Assembly (NCBI GenBank): GCA_963707985.1
Contig: CAVPRW010000022.1
Location: forward strand, 64,001-128,000
Direction of reading: 5' to 3'
DNA from: an uncultured Nitrospinota bacterium
GTDB lineage: Bacteria; Tectomicrobia; Entotheonellia; J063; CAVPRW01
DNA: 64,000 bases
A model generated the notes under the pieces. That model was not told where the DNA came from. It searched no databases and was given only the letters and a program-made list of their open reading frames with translations. A program made the translations under genes and the position numbers. The number at the start of each line of letters is the position of its first letter. Position 1 is the stretch's first letter. Shown one piece after another: positions 55,120 to 64,000 of this stretch.

Positions 55120-55424
55120 ATACGCGTATGGAAATGGTCGAAGCCGAGCTGTATCGGCTCCGGGGAGAATTGTTGCCGGTATGTCTGGTAGTGCCTAACT
55201 CTGAGGCGGAAAGCTGTTTTCAGCAGGCCTTGCACGTGGCGTGCAGCCAAGGTGTGCAATCCCTGTCTCTGGGGGCGGCCATGCGCCTCAGCCATCTGTG
55301 GCTTCGCCAGGGTAAACGGGTCCACGCCCGGCAACTGTTCGCAGCCGTCTATAACTGGTTTACTGAAGGGTTTGAAACGGCGGACCTACAGGAAGCTAGA
55401 ACACTGTTGGCAGGGCTGGCGTGA
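55120..55424 (+). pseudogene. Orphan C-terminal TPR fragment of the STAND family
   Basis: EAELYRLRGELL..AESCFQQAL..WFTEGFETADLQEA matches the ends of genes 40138 and 44696. Confidence 0.75.
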
Positions 55425-55654
55425 ATACGGGGGATGTGGTGGAGAGAAAGGTCGCCTAAGGATGAGGTCACCAAGGGACGTGCAAAACGCCTGCGTCTTT
55501 GATACACTGCGGCGGCTCAGATTTCCCGGTGGCGTGAGGTCTTATTCGGACACAAAGACAGCAGCACCAGGCACATATCCTAGACCCATTGCCGCTACTC
55601 AGACGCATCTCTGACTTCACTCGACACCGACATCACCATTCAGCATGAGGATCG

Positions 55655-57784
55655 ATGCGCATGACCAGTTGGACAGCAGACCAGTTGCAATCGATACATC
55701 GTATGCTCAATCCTGTTTCCATCGCCGTTGTGGGGGCCACCCCGCGCCTGCAGTACGGCGGGCGTTTTCTGCGTGCGGCGCTGCAGGCGGGTGACCGTGT
55801 CCGGATCTATCCCGTGAACCCGCGCTACGATGAAATCATGGGGCTCAAGTCGTACCCAAGTTTAGCAGATGTTCCCGAAAGCCCAGACGTGGTCGGCATC
55901 GTCGTGCCTTATCATCAAGTCATGCCGACCCTGGAGGAGTGCGCCCGCAAGCAGGCAGGCTCAGCCATCGTCATCTCAGCCGGCTTTGCCGAACGGGGCG
56001 ATGGCGGCCGCCTGGATCTGCAACGCCAAATCGGCGCCTTCGCCCGCGAATCCGGGGTGCGCATCACCGGGCCCAATTGCCTGGGCGTCGCCAACGTCAA
56101 AGCCGGCATCTGGGCTTGCGCCGGTAGCAGACTGGTCATGAGCGGTGGCGGCCCCGTCGCGCTGGTCTCGCAGAGCGGTGCCTCAGCCTTTGGACCGTTT
56201 CTGACACGAGCTGTCGACCTTGGCATCGGTTATTCCTACATCGTCACCACGGGCAATGAGGCGGACCTGGAGTCGTCGGATTTCATGCGCTACCTGCTCG
56301 ATGATCCGGACACCCGCGTCATCGCTTGCTTCATCGAGGGCTTCAAGGACGGTCGCAAGTTCATGGAAGTGGCGCGACTGGCTGCGGAACGCGGCAAGTC
56401 CATCGTGATGATCAAGATCGGCCGCTCCCCGGCCGGTGCCAAGGCTGCCACCTCACACACGGCCGCGATGACCGGCACGGACGCGGTGCACGACGCAGTG
56501 TTCAAGCAGTACGGCGTGATCCGAGTCGAGGATTACGACGAGCTCCTGGAGACCTCGCAGTTCCTCGCCTACAGTGGTCCGCTGCGGCAGGAGGGTGTCT
56601 CCATCGTGTCACATTCGGGCGGTATCAGCTCGCTGTCGGCGGATAAGTGCGGACAGATGGGGCTGCAGTTACCTGACCTTACCCCCGCCTCCCGCGACGG
56701 TATGAACGAGGTCCTGAAGGGTTTCGGATGGGCCGCGAATCCAGCCGATGTCACGACCTATGCCAACAGTGAGTCCTTTCCCCAGATCATGCAGTACATG
56801 GTCGAGGGGCCGGACGTGGGGATGTTGGCCATCGCCAGCGCTGGCGGAGATAGCCAGGCGCAGCAGGTGATTGCCATGCGCGATGCCACGGATAAACCGT
56901 TGGCTTTTTTGTGGACGGGAAGCCTCACGGCCACTGACGGCCTGAACAAGCTGAAGGAGGCCAAGATTCCCGTTTTCCTGTCGCCTGACCGGTTGGCGCG
57001 CGGACTGCGGAGCAAGATCAATGCACAGCGCTGGCGAGAGCGCCTTCTCAAGAGTGCCGACGAGCCCTTACAGCCCATGTCGGTGGGGCAACGAGAGGCG
57101 CTGCAGGAGATCAACGGCCTGGGTCGGAAAACCTTGACGGAGCATGAAGCCCGACGCTTCCTGGCACATTGGCAGGTGACGGGGGTCAGGGAGGAGCGCA
57201 CCTCGACAGTTGAGGCCGCACTGGCTGCGGCGGGGCAGCTCGGCTATCCAGTGGTGCTCAAGGTGGAATCGCCGGATATTCCGCACAAAACCGAGGCTGG
57301 TGTGGTCCGGCTGGGGGTGCAAAGCGAAGTCGAGCTGCGCCAGGCGTATGCCGAGATCATGCACAATGCCGCGCACCATGCCCCCAATGCTCAGGTGCTC
57401 GGGGTGCTGGTCCAGGAAATGGTCCGTGGGGGTATCGAGACTATCGTCGGACTGTCGCAGGACCCTCTGTTCGGACCAGTCCTGCTCTTCGGCATGGGAG
57501 GGATATTCACCGAACTCTACCAGGATGTGGCGCTGCGCGCCTGCCCAATCAGTCAAAGCGATGCACGGGAGATGCTGCAAGAGGTTAAAGGTGCTCGTCT
57601 CCTCGAAGGCTTCAGGGGACGGCCTGCCGCCGATGTGGACGCGTTGGTCCACCTGTTGGTGCATGTGTCACAGCTTGGGGTACAGTGCGAACGCGAGGTC
57701 CGGGAGCTGGACTTGAACCCGCTCCTGGTCCTGCCGCGTGGACAGGGCGTCAGAGCCGCTGATGCCTTGATCGTCATGGCCTAA
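55655..57784 (+). CDS. ADP-forming acetate/acyl-CoA ligase family protein
   Basis: GPNCLG, SQSG, SHT, HKTEAG, DLNP. Confidence 0.9.
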   Translation: MRMTSWTADQLQSIHRMLNPVSIAVVGATPRLQYGGRFLRAALQAGDRVRIYPVNPRYDEIMGLKSYPSLADVPESPDVVGIVVPYHQVMPTLEECARKQAGSAIVISAGFAERGDGGRLDLQRQIGAFARESGVRITGPNCLGVANVKAGIWACAGSRLVMSGGGPVALVSQSGASAFGPFLTRAVDLGIGYSYIVTTGNEADLESSDFMRYLLDDPDTRVIACFIEGFKDGRKFMEVARLAAERGKSIVMIKIGRSPAGAKAATSHTAAMTGTDAVHDAVFKQYGVIRVEDYDELLETSQFLAYSGPLRQEGVSIVSHSGGISSLSADKCGQMGLQLPDLTPASRDGMNEVLKGFGWAANPADVTTYANSESFPQIMQYMVEGPDVGMLAIASAGGDSQAQQVIAMRDATDKPLAFLWTGSLTATDGLNKLKEAKIPVFLSPDRLARGLRSKINAQRWRERLLKSADEPLQPMSVGQREALQEINGLGRKTLTEHEARRFLAHWQVTGVREERTSTVEAALAAAGQLGYPVVLKVESPDIPHKTEAGVVRLGVQSEVELRQAYAEIMHNAAHHAPNAQVLGVLVQEMVRGGIETIVGLSQDPLFGPVLLFGMGGIFTELYQDVALRACPISQSDAREMLQEVKGARLLEGFRGRPAADVDALVHLLVHVSQLGVQCEREVRELDLNPLLVLPRGQGVRAADALIVMA

Positions 57785-57833
57785 ACCAGCGTGAGGGCAC
57801 CAGAACGCCCTTGCTCGCATGGAGGGCTCAACG

Positions 57834-58823
57834 ATGCCGGCCAATCTCACACCGCAATATCTCGACGCCGATAAGCGCTTTCGCGAGGCGAAAACGGCTG
57901 TGGAGAAAATCGGCGCGCTCGAGGACATGTTGGCCCTGATCCCTAAGCACAAGGGGACAGAGAAAATGCAGGCCGACCTCAAACGTCGGCTCTCCAAAGC
58001 GCGTGAGGAGGCGCAAAAGAAAGGTAAGGCGGGCGCACGAGGCAATACCTATCACGTGCCGCGTGAGGGGGCCGGCCAGGTCGTCCTGGTGGGCCCCCCC
58101 AATAGTGGTAAATCGACTCTCCTGGCCATGCTCACCAATGCGATTCCTGATGTTGGCGACTACCCCTTTACCACGCGCAAACCGCTCCCCGGCATGATGG
58201 AGTTTGAGAATATCAAAATCCAACTGGTGGACCTCCCGCCGATCGCCCCGGAGTGGACGGAAGGGTGGGTGTTTGCGCTGATTCGCAACGCCGATCTGGT
58301 GCTGGTCTTGGTTGATCTGGCGAGCGACGATGTGTTTGAACAGGTGGAGCAGGTCAGAAGCCAGCTGGCCACCCATAAGATACGGCTGATGCACCAGGCC
58401 GGTGATGAAAACCCTGAGGGGGGCGAGATTACTAAGCGGGCACTCCTAGTGGGCAATAAGGAGGATGGCGAGGGGGCCAAAGAGCGAGGAGCATTTCTGG
58501 CGGAGCTGTATGCCGCCGATTTCCCTGTCCTCACCGTATCAGCCGCCTCCGGCAGCAACCTTGAAACCCTGAGGCGAGCGCTCTACGATGGTCTGGGAGT
58601 GCTACGAGTCTATACCAAGTCACCCGGCAAAAAGCCTGGGCACGACGCCCCATTTGTGCTCAAGCAGGGCTCGACCATTCTAGACGTGGCCGAGGCTGTG
58701 CATAAAGATATCGCTTCAGCGCTCAAATTCGCCAGAGTCTGGGGGACGGACACCTTCGACGGCCAGCGCGTCATGCGCGACTACGTGGTGCGGGATGGCG
58801 ATGTGATCGAGCTGCATAGCTAA
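57834..58823 (+). CDS. OBG/DRG-like GTPase with TGS domain
   Basis: MPANL, PKHKGT, GPPNSGKS, YPFTT, NKED, DGDVIELH. Confidence 0.9.
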   Translation: MPANLTPQYLDADKRFREAKTAVEKIGALEDMLALIPKHKGTEKMQADLKRRLSKAREEAQKKGKAGARGNTYHVPREGAGQVVLVGPPNSGKSTLLAMLTNAIPDVGDYPFTTRKPLPGMMEFENIKIQLVDLPPIAPEWTEGWVFALIRNADLVLVLVDLASDDVFEQVEQVRSQLATHKIRLMHQAGDENPEGGEITKRALLVGNKEDGEGAKERGAFLAELYAADFPVLTVSAASGSNLETLRRALYDGLGVLRVYTKSPGKKPGHDAPFVLKQGSTILDVAEAVHKDIASALKFARVWGTDTFDGQRVMRDYVVRDGDVIELHS

Positions 58824-58826
58824 CGG

Positions 58827-58870
58827 GTTGGGGAGGCGCGACACAGCGAGGTATCGCACCTCCCCAACCA
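58827..58870. terminator. Long hairpin after the GTPase, possible terminator
   Basis: GGTTGGGGAGGCGCGA ... TCGCACCTCCCCAACC; no U-tract. Confidence 0.5.
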
Positions 58871-59229
58871 CTAGGAACCACCTGCGAAGCACTTGCGCGC
58901 GAATGGCTGCTTGCTCCCCTCGGCGATATTGAGGCTGTTATCCCCCTTTCCCGTCATGGTCAGGATATGGCGACGTTCCCGGAGGGCAAGCTCACGCAAC
59001 TGTTCGAAGGTTTTTTTAAGCAATATCCAGCCGCAACCTCGCCAAAAGATCCTGTGTTGTCCTACAGCATTGCACTGTACCTCAGCTCAAGACGACGAAA
59101 GGGGATCGCTGCGCAGACGTCAGGGCGTGCGCTTTATGCCAGGGACCGGTGGCCTATAAGTTTATACGCCACCGGGCGCTAACTTACACCTCAGAGCAAT
59201 CCATCACACTCTAACGCCATACAACGCAC

Positions 59230-59258
59230 TTGATCATAGAGCGCATTCTTGCTATGAT
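59230..59258 (+). promoter_or_regulatory. Sigma-70 promoter with extended -10
   Basis: TTGATC-N17-TATGAT with TGn, upstream of the recombinase/TA cassette. Confidence 0.5.
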
Positions 59259-59367
59259 GAGCTAAATAACGCCTTGAATCGCCACGTATCAATTCGTCGG
59301 CAGGGAGCACCAGATTAATGTCGTGGGGTACAGCCGCGTTCATACCGAAGAGTAGGGGCGGGACGGA

Positions 59368-59716
59368 GTGAGCCTGCAGGAAGCCCTCGACGCCACGAGC
59401 GCTACTGGGGAGATGATGATCAACCTACTGGCCAGTGTCAGCCCATAGGAACAGGAAGTCATCGGCGAGCGCACGAGCGATGCCCTGCAGCACCTCAAGG
59501 CCGAGGGCAAACGGTATGGCCACACCGTCTTCGACAACCCTGAGGGGATCGCCCTGATGCACCAGCTCCGGCCGGCCGGCTGCAGCTATGAGGCGATCGC
59601 CCAGCACTTGAATCGGGCGGGCATCCCGACAGCCCTGTGGCGGACCATGGCAGCCGATAGTGGTCTGGGGCATCGTGCGGCGCACCCAGCCTAAGCACGG
59701 GAGGAAGATTGCGTAA
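59368..59716 (+). pseudogene. Serine recombinase (resolvase) remnant
   Basis: LDATSATGEMMINLLASVS..E.EVIGERT, SYEAIAQHLN; internal stop and frameshift. Confidence 0.8.
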
Positions 59717-59979
59717 TGGCTGACGAACCACTCTTAAGCCCGGCACAAGTGGCCGAGCGCCTCCAGGTGAGCGAGTACACCGCCGTCAAATGGATGCGGC
59801 AAGGCCGGATCAAAGCCCGCAAGCTGGGGAAATTCTGGCGGGTGAAGCCTGAGGACTTGGAGGCCTTCATCGAAGGAAGCACCGAAGAGGACCGTGACGA
59901 TGCCGCGGCGCTCAACGACGCGCTGGCCGATCCCGTGCGTATCCCCCACGAGCAAGTGCGCCAGGAGCTCGGCCTTTAG
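59716..59979 (+). CDS. Excisionase-like HTH protein, probable antitoxin
   Basis: LLSPAQVAERLQVS..KLGKFWRV plus acidic tail; overlaps the toxin start. Confidence 0.75.
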   Translation: MADEPLLSPAQVAERLQVSEYTAVKWMRQGRIKARKLGKFWRVKPEDLEAFIEGSTEEDRDDAAALNDALADPVRIPHEQVRQELGL

Positions 59980-60242
59980 TGGCCTATCGCCTGGAAGATA
60001 CGGCCGCCGCACGGCGCGATTTGCAGGCCTTACCGCGGGACATCCTGATCCGTGTCGAGGCCAGCATTCAGGCGTTAGCGGAGAACCCCCGTCCGCAGGG
60101 CGTCGAGCGTGTCCAGGGCACCCAGGGAGGTCTCCGCGTGCGGCTGGGAGACTACCGGATTCTCTATACCGTTGACGATGCCCAACAAGTGGTGACCATC
60201 GGCCGCGTGCGTCATCGGCGCGATGTGTATCGAGGACTCTAG
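59979..60242 (+). CDS. relE: RelE/ParE-family toxin
   Basis: LAENPRP, RVRLGDYRILY, HRRDVY. Confidence 0.88.
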   Translation: MAYRLEDTAAARRDLQALPRDILIRVEASIQALAENPRPQGVERVQGTQGGLRVRLGDYRILYTVDDAQQVVTIGRVRHRRDVYRGL

Positions 60243-60539
60243 CCATGGCGCGCTTGCTCACCCTGAGAGCCGCCTCACGATTGATTCGCGTCTCACCCGG
60301 ACGGCTCTACCGTCCGATCGCTGATGGTCGCCTTATCGGCGGCACCTAGGGAGGACTTGGCAAACCGACGCTGGTCAGCCTAGAGGTCTTGCAGGCGCTT
60401 TGTCAGCGCGAAGGCCTGCAAGGCCCTGATGTGGTCTAAATATCAGAACTTTTGGTACGTTCCATGCCAGCACATGGATTGCCACCATCATCCCAGCTGG
60501 TGATGTCTGAGCCCAAGGCCCCAATGTTGCCATGGCTTC

Positions 60540-60680
60540 AGGTGATGCAGGCTGAGGGCCTGTCTCTGCAGGCGATCGCTAACAAACTTAACGCCGAGGG
60601 CATGCCAACACTCAGCGGCCAATGGTGCTGGCAGTAAGGGCACCGTTGGGAATCTGCTGGCGCAGGGAGACGAGGCCTGA
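60540..60680 (+). pseudogene. Serine recombinase C-terminal fragment
   Basis: AEGLSLQAIANKLNAEGMPTLSG..W, then GTVGNLL in a shifted frame. Confidence 0.65.
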
Positions 60681-60874
60681 TGAAGGTCCAGGAGGTGATG
60701 GCCCTCGTGGAAGCCGATGGCTGGTATCTCGTCCGGACGCGGGGCGATCATCGGCAGTATAAGCATCCAACCAAACCCGGTCTGGTGGCCATCGCCGGCA
60801 ACCGCAACCGGGATGTACCCGCTGGCACCCTCGCGAACATCCTTAGGCAGGCCGGCCTCAGGAGGAACCCATGA
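60680..60874 (+). CDS. hicA: HicA toxin
   Basis: DGW..RTRGDHRQYKHP, GTLANILRQAGL. Confidence 0.92.
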   Translation: MKVQEVMALVEADGWYLVRTRGDHRQYKHPTKPGLVAIAGNRNRDVPAGTLANILRQAGLRRNP

Positions 60875-61092
60875 AATATGCGGTCATTATTGAAAAGGGC
60901 GACACCAGTTATGGCGCCTATGTGCCTGACCTGCCCGGCTGTGTGGCCGTCGGGGAGAGTCTCGATGAGGTCAAGCGGTTGATCCGTGAGGCGATTGCCT
61001 TTCACCTGGAAGGGCTACGGGAAGAGGGGTTGCCGATCCCGCCAGCCATCAGCTTCTGTGAGTATGTGGAACTCCAGGAGGGCGCGGCATGA
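60871..61092 (+). CDS. hicB: HicB antitoxin, short form
   Basis: YGAYVPDLPGCVAVGES; ATGA overlap with hicA. Confidence 0.92.
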   Translation: MKYAVIIEKGDTSYGAYVPDLPGCVAVGESLDEVKRLIREAIAFHLEGLREEGLPIPPAISFCEYVELQEGAA

Positions 61093-61599
61093 ACACCCCG
61101 AAGCTCTAGGCCCTTGGCATCACACAGGATGGGGCAACAACCCGCTGGAAAGCGATGGGCTATGTCGACGGTGTGGGATGGCTGGAAGCCTCTGGGGCAA
61201 GCTTGATCGGCGCCATGGGGGCGTTATAGGTGTGAGCAGCCTATCGGGCGGCTCCGGAAGAGGAGCGACTATGAAACGACGTTACACCGTCAGCGGGGGT
61301 TGGGCTGAAGTGTTGATCCCCTGGACAGCCGGAGGATCTGAAGGAGATCGAGCGCCACAGCCTTCGTGGCGAGGTGGACGCAAGTGCCAGCTTCGGCGAT
61401 CGCCGCGCGGAGGTGACAGCGGACAACCAGGAGCACTCGGGATTACCAGCCACCGGCGGTATCGCTGTCGGTTCTGCGGTCATGAGTTGCCGGCCTGGCT
61501 CCCGGTGCCGAAGTGGCCAACGGTGCGGTGCTCCTGAATCACCTCAGATTCTGAGGCTGACCGGGTGCGCCGGCGCGAGTGTATCGCGGCTTTTGAATG

Positions 61600-61695
61600 G
61601 GGCCTGATCGACCTTGTCCGCGATTTGTTGTGCACAGCGCTGGCTTGTTCCTTCGTCCAGGCGTAAAAATCCTGGTCATATAACGACTGGCTCAT
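61600..61695 (-). pseudogene. DUF29-family N-terminal remnant
   Basis: LYDQDFYAWTKEQA. Confidence 0.6.
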
Positions 61696-61720
61696 GGCGT
61701 CTGCCCTTCCTACTGTACAT

Positions 61721-62743
61721 TAGACTTTATCAAGATTTAGGGTGTAGGATGTCTCACGACGAAAAATCGAGTAGTGGAGGTGCCTATGCCAAGCTACGAG
61801 GATGTGACCCAACGTGCCGGGAGTTTACAGGCGATGACGGGGTTAACCGAGCCAGAATTTACGGCGCTGCTGCCGCATGTCGAGCACGCGTTGGCGGCCT
61901 ATCTGCAGGACCGCACCATCGATGGGCAACCCCGCACGAGCCGTCGTTACAGTACCTATGACAATGGTCCTTTACCCACGATAGCCGACAAACAGCTCTT
62001 CATTCTGACGTATGTGAAACAGAATCCGATTCAAGAAGTGCAAGGACAGCTCTTTGGGATGTCCCAATCGAATGCGAATAAGTGGATTCATCTCCTGCAT
62101 GCGGTGTTGAATCAGGCTTTAGCACACCAAGAGCTGCTTCCAGCTCGCAACGCCGATGAGTTCGCGGTGATGCTCGCCGCCAAACGGACGGAAGGTGCTC
62201 CACTGCCCCCCCTTTTTGGCATGATGGGACTGAGCGACCGATCCACCGCCCCAGCCGATCCCGAGGACCAACAGGAATACTACAGCGGCAAGAAGAAGTG
62301 CCACACGATCAAAAACCTCCTCGTGATCGATGAGACCTGTCAGATTTGCTTCTTGAGTGCCACCTATGAAGGGAAGGCACATGATAAAAGCCTCGCGGAT
62401 CTGGAGGGCTATACCCTCCCACGTGGCAGTTATCTCTATCAAGATCTGGGATTCCAGGGCTATACGCTGTGACGGGATCACGATCATGCAACCCAAGAAA
62501 AAGCCCCGTGGGGGTGAACTCACCCCACCGGAGAAAGCACCAATCGTGCCATCTCGTCCATTCGCATCCGTATCGAACACGCGATTGGTGGGGTGAAACG
62601 CTACCGGATCGTGAAAGACAGGATACGCCTCTTGAAGGACGGTATTCGTGATACCATCATGGAGACGTGTTGTGGACTGCATAACTTTCGCCTACAGTAT
62701 CGACCGTGGAACTATGCCAACTAATAAATATTGAAAAAGTCTA
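61721..62743 (+). mobile_element. IS5-like (DDE_Tnp_4 type) insertion sequence; transposase about 61786-62724, frameshifted
   Basis: TAGACTTTATCAAGATTTA / TAAATATTGAAAAAGTCTA (17/19 IR); HDGTER, YYSGKKKCH, QDLGFQG, IEHAIGGVKRY. Confidence 0.85.
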
Positions 62744-63413
62744 TTGCACACCCTCGTTATTGACCGGTCATCCCGAACGTTCCGCACATTTCGATGGTGA
62801 GCCTTTGGGTGCTGGTGCATTCCGTTGCAGTCGGGGCGGGTTATCCATGAAGGCCTGTAGGTCGCTCTCTTTCTCCACCTGTCGCGAGGTCACCATGACC
62901 GTAATCTCCTCACGCCCTGGGCATTTCAGAGTCTTAGAGCTATAGCCTTCGTCTCGAATCACCCGGTTCAACAGCCAATCCTTCATCAGGCAATATGCCT
63001 CCAGCTTCACCTGTTGGGCACGTATGGATACGCCATCTCTAGCCTAGTCCTCCATGCTGACGCGCATGTAACGAACCACCTGCAAAGGCTTCTCCCGTCC
63101 CGATACGCCTGCATAGCCCCCGGGGCGGCCTTCCACGCAGGAATATAGCATAGGGTAACGTTGGTGACGAGAGAATAGCATGGAGTTTCATGGGGTTATG
63201 GGCCTATGGGGTTACCCCTCTTGCGACTCGCCTCACATTGTGACGATCCGACCGCGCACTGCCTACATCAGTTCCTTCCCCGAGCACTGGCCCGCTCGAA
63301 TGCGCTGTCGCATCTAGGCCTCTGCGGCGTGCAGAAAGAGCCGCTGCACATGCCCGACGGAGATCCCTATCGCGGCGGCAGCCTGTGGAAGCGTTGGCAT
63401 TCACGGGGATGGG

Positions 63414-63431
63414 AATTTTTTATAAAAAATT
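63414..63431. promoter_or_regulatory. Perfect 18-bp palindrome, candidate operator
   Basis: AATTTTTTATAAAAAATT, about 110 bp upstream of the XRE gene. Confidence 0.5.
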
Positions 63432-63538
63432 TGTTGAAATTGTCGACAGGATCTCGTACGATCGTGACCAGTCACGATATTGCTGCCCGCTGTTCTACCT
63501 CAGCCATCGGGCATCACACTCGGAAGGAGGATCATGCG

Positions 63539-64000
63539 ATGCCCTTGTCCGTCTCTCAGCTGATTGAGTCCGCCGACACCAGCGGCGACGCGCTTCGGCT
63601 CATCAGGGCGGCGAAGGACTTGACGCAGGCCGACATCGTGGCACGCTCCGAAGGTACCATTGGCGCCGATCAGATCTCGCTCATCGAGCGTGGGAAGCGG
63701 CCCATGACGTCAAAGCAGTGCACGGCTATTGCGAGGGCACTGAACCTGACCGATGCGCAAGAGGCGCAGCTCATGCTGATGGCTCTGATCGACCGCGCAC
63801 CAGAGCGCCTGAAGCCCACACTGCGCCAGGCAAGGCTCAGGATCAGGCTGGCCACCGTCGAGGCCTTCTTCATGGCATACCCACCGGATAAGATGGAGGC
63901 GTTCATCGCCACCATGGATGCGGTGGCGGAAGTGTGGCCGCAAATCAAAGCAAATGGGAAGTCCCCTCAGAATCCAGCAAAAGCTGGCCCAAAGACTAAC
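63539..64000 (+). CDS. XRE-family HTH regulator (runs off the window)
   Basis: GGAGG upstream; LRLIRAAKDLTQAD..ISLIERGKR; open to the window end. Confidence 0.75.
   Translation, partial: MPLSVSQLIESADTSGDALRLIRAAKDLTQADIVARSEGTIGADQISLIERGKRPMTSKQCTAIARALNLTDAQEAQLMLMALIDRAPERLKPTLRQARLRIRLATVEAFFMAYPPDKMEAFIATMDAVAEVWPQIKANGKSPQNPAKAGPKTN

Noticed and set aside
1..64000. tRNA (including tRNA-Sec), rRNA and CRISPR arrays
   Set aside because: None recognised by eye; tRNAscan-SE, Infernal and a CRISPR finder would be needed to exclude them

Overview
GC-rich bacterial window. Gene content suggests an uncultured soil or sponge lineage such as Ca. Tectomicrobia (inference only). Many single-base frameshifts probably reflect long-read indel errors. 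In order: the 3' half of a type 3 BREX locus (GmrSD-like tail, SNF2 helicase, pglZ, brxA-like); a VapBC pair; an IS6-derived miniature element; a peptide ABC transporter lacking an ATPase, followed by tldD/tldE; an IorAB-type molybdoenzyme with a diheme cytochrome cut by an unclassified 1.4-kb IS; a second VapBC; an LLM oxidoreductase, grdE-like, grdB-like, DUF255 cluster; an alpha-hydroxy acid oxidase, P450, glycosyltransferase and questin-oxidase-family block; decayed metabolic genes; three giant STAND-ATPase/TPR regulators, two fused to sigma-54 activator domains; an ADP-forming acyl-CoA ligase; a DRG-type GTPase; and a decaying accessory region with serine-recombinase/TA cassettes and an IS5-like element. 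Highlights: (1) the grdB-like gene hides an in-frame UGA with a correctly spaced SECIS hairpin and a non-canonical UxxS site, and is coupled to a CxxC DUF255 gene, with no grdA/C/D in the window; (2) sigma54-AAA+/HTH/pseudo-cyclase/STAND/TPR fusions, one beside a consensus divergent sigma-54 promoter. No rRNA, tRNA or CRISPR array was seen.
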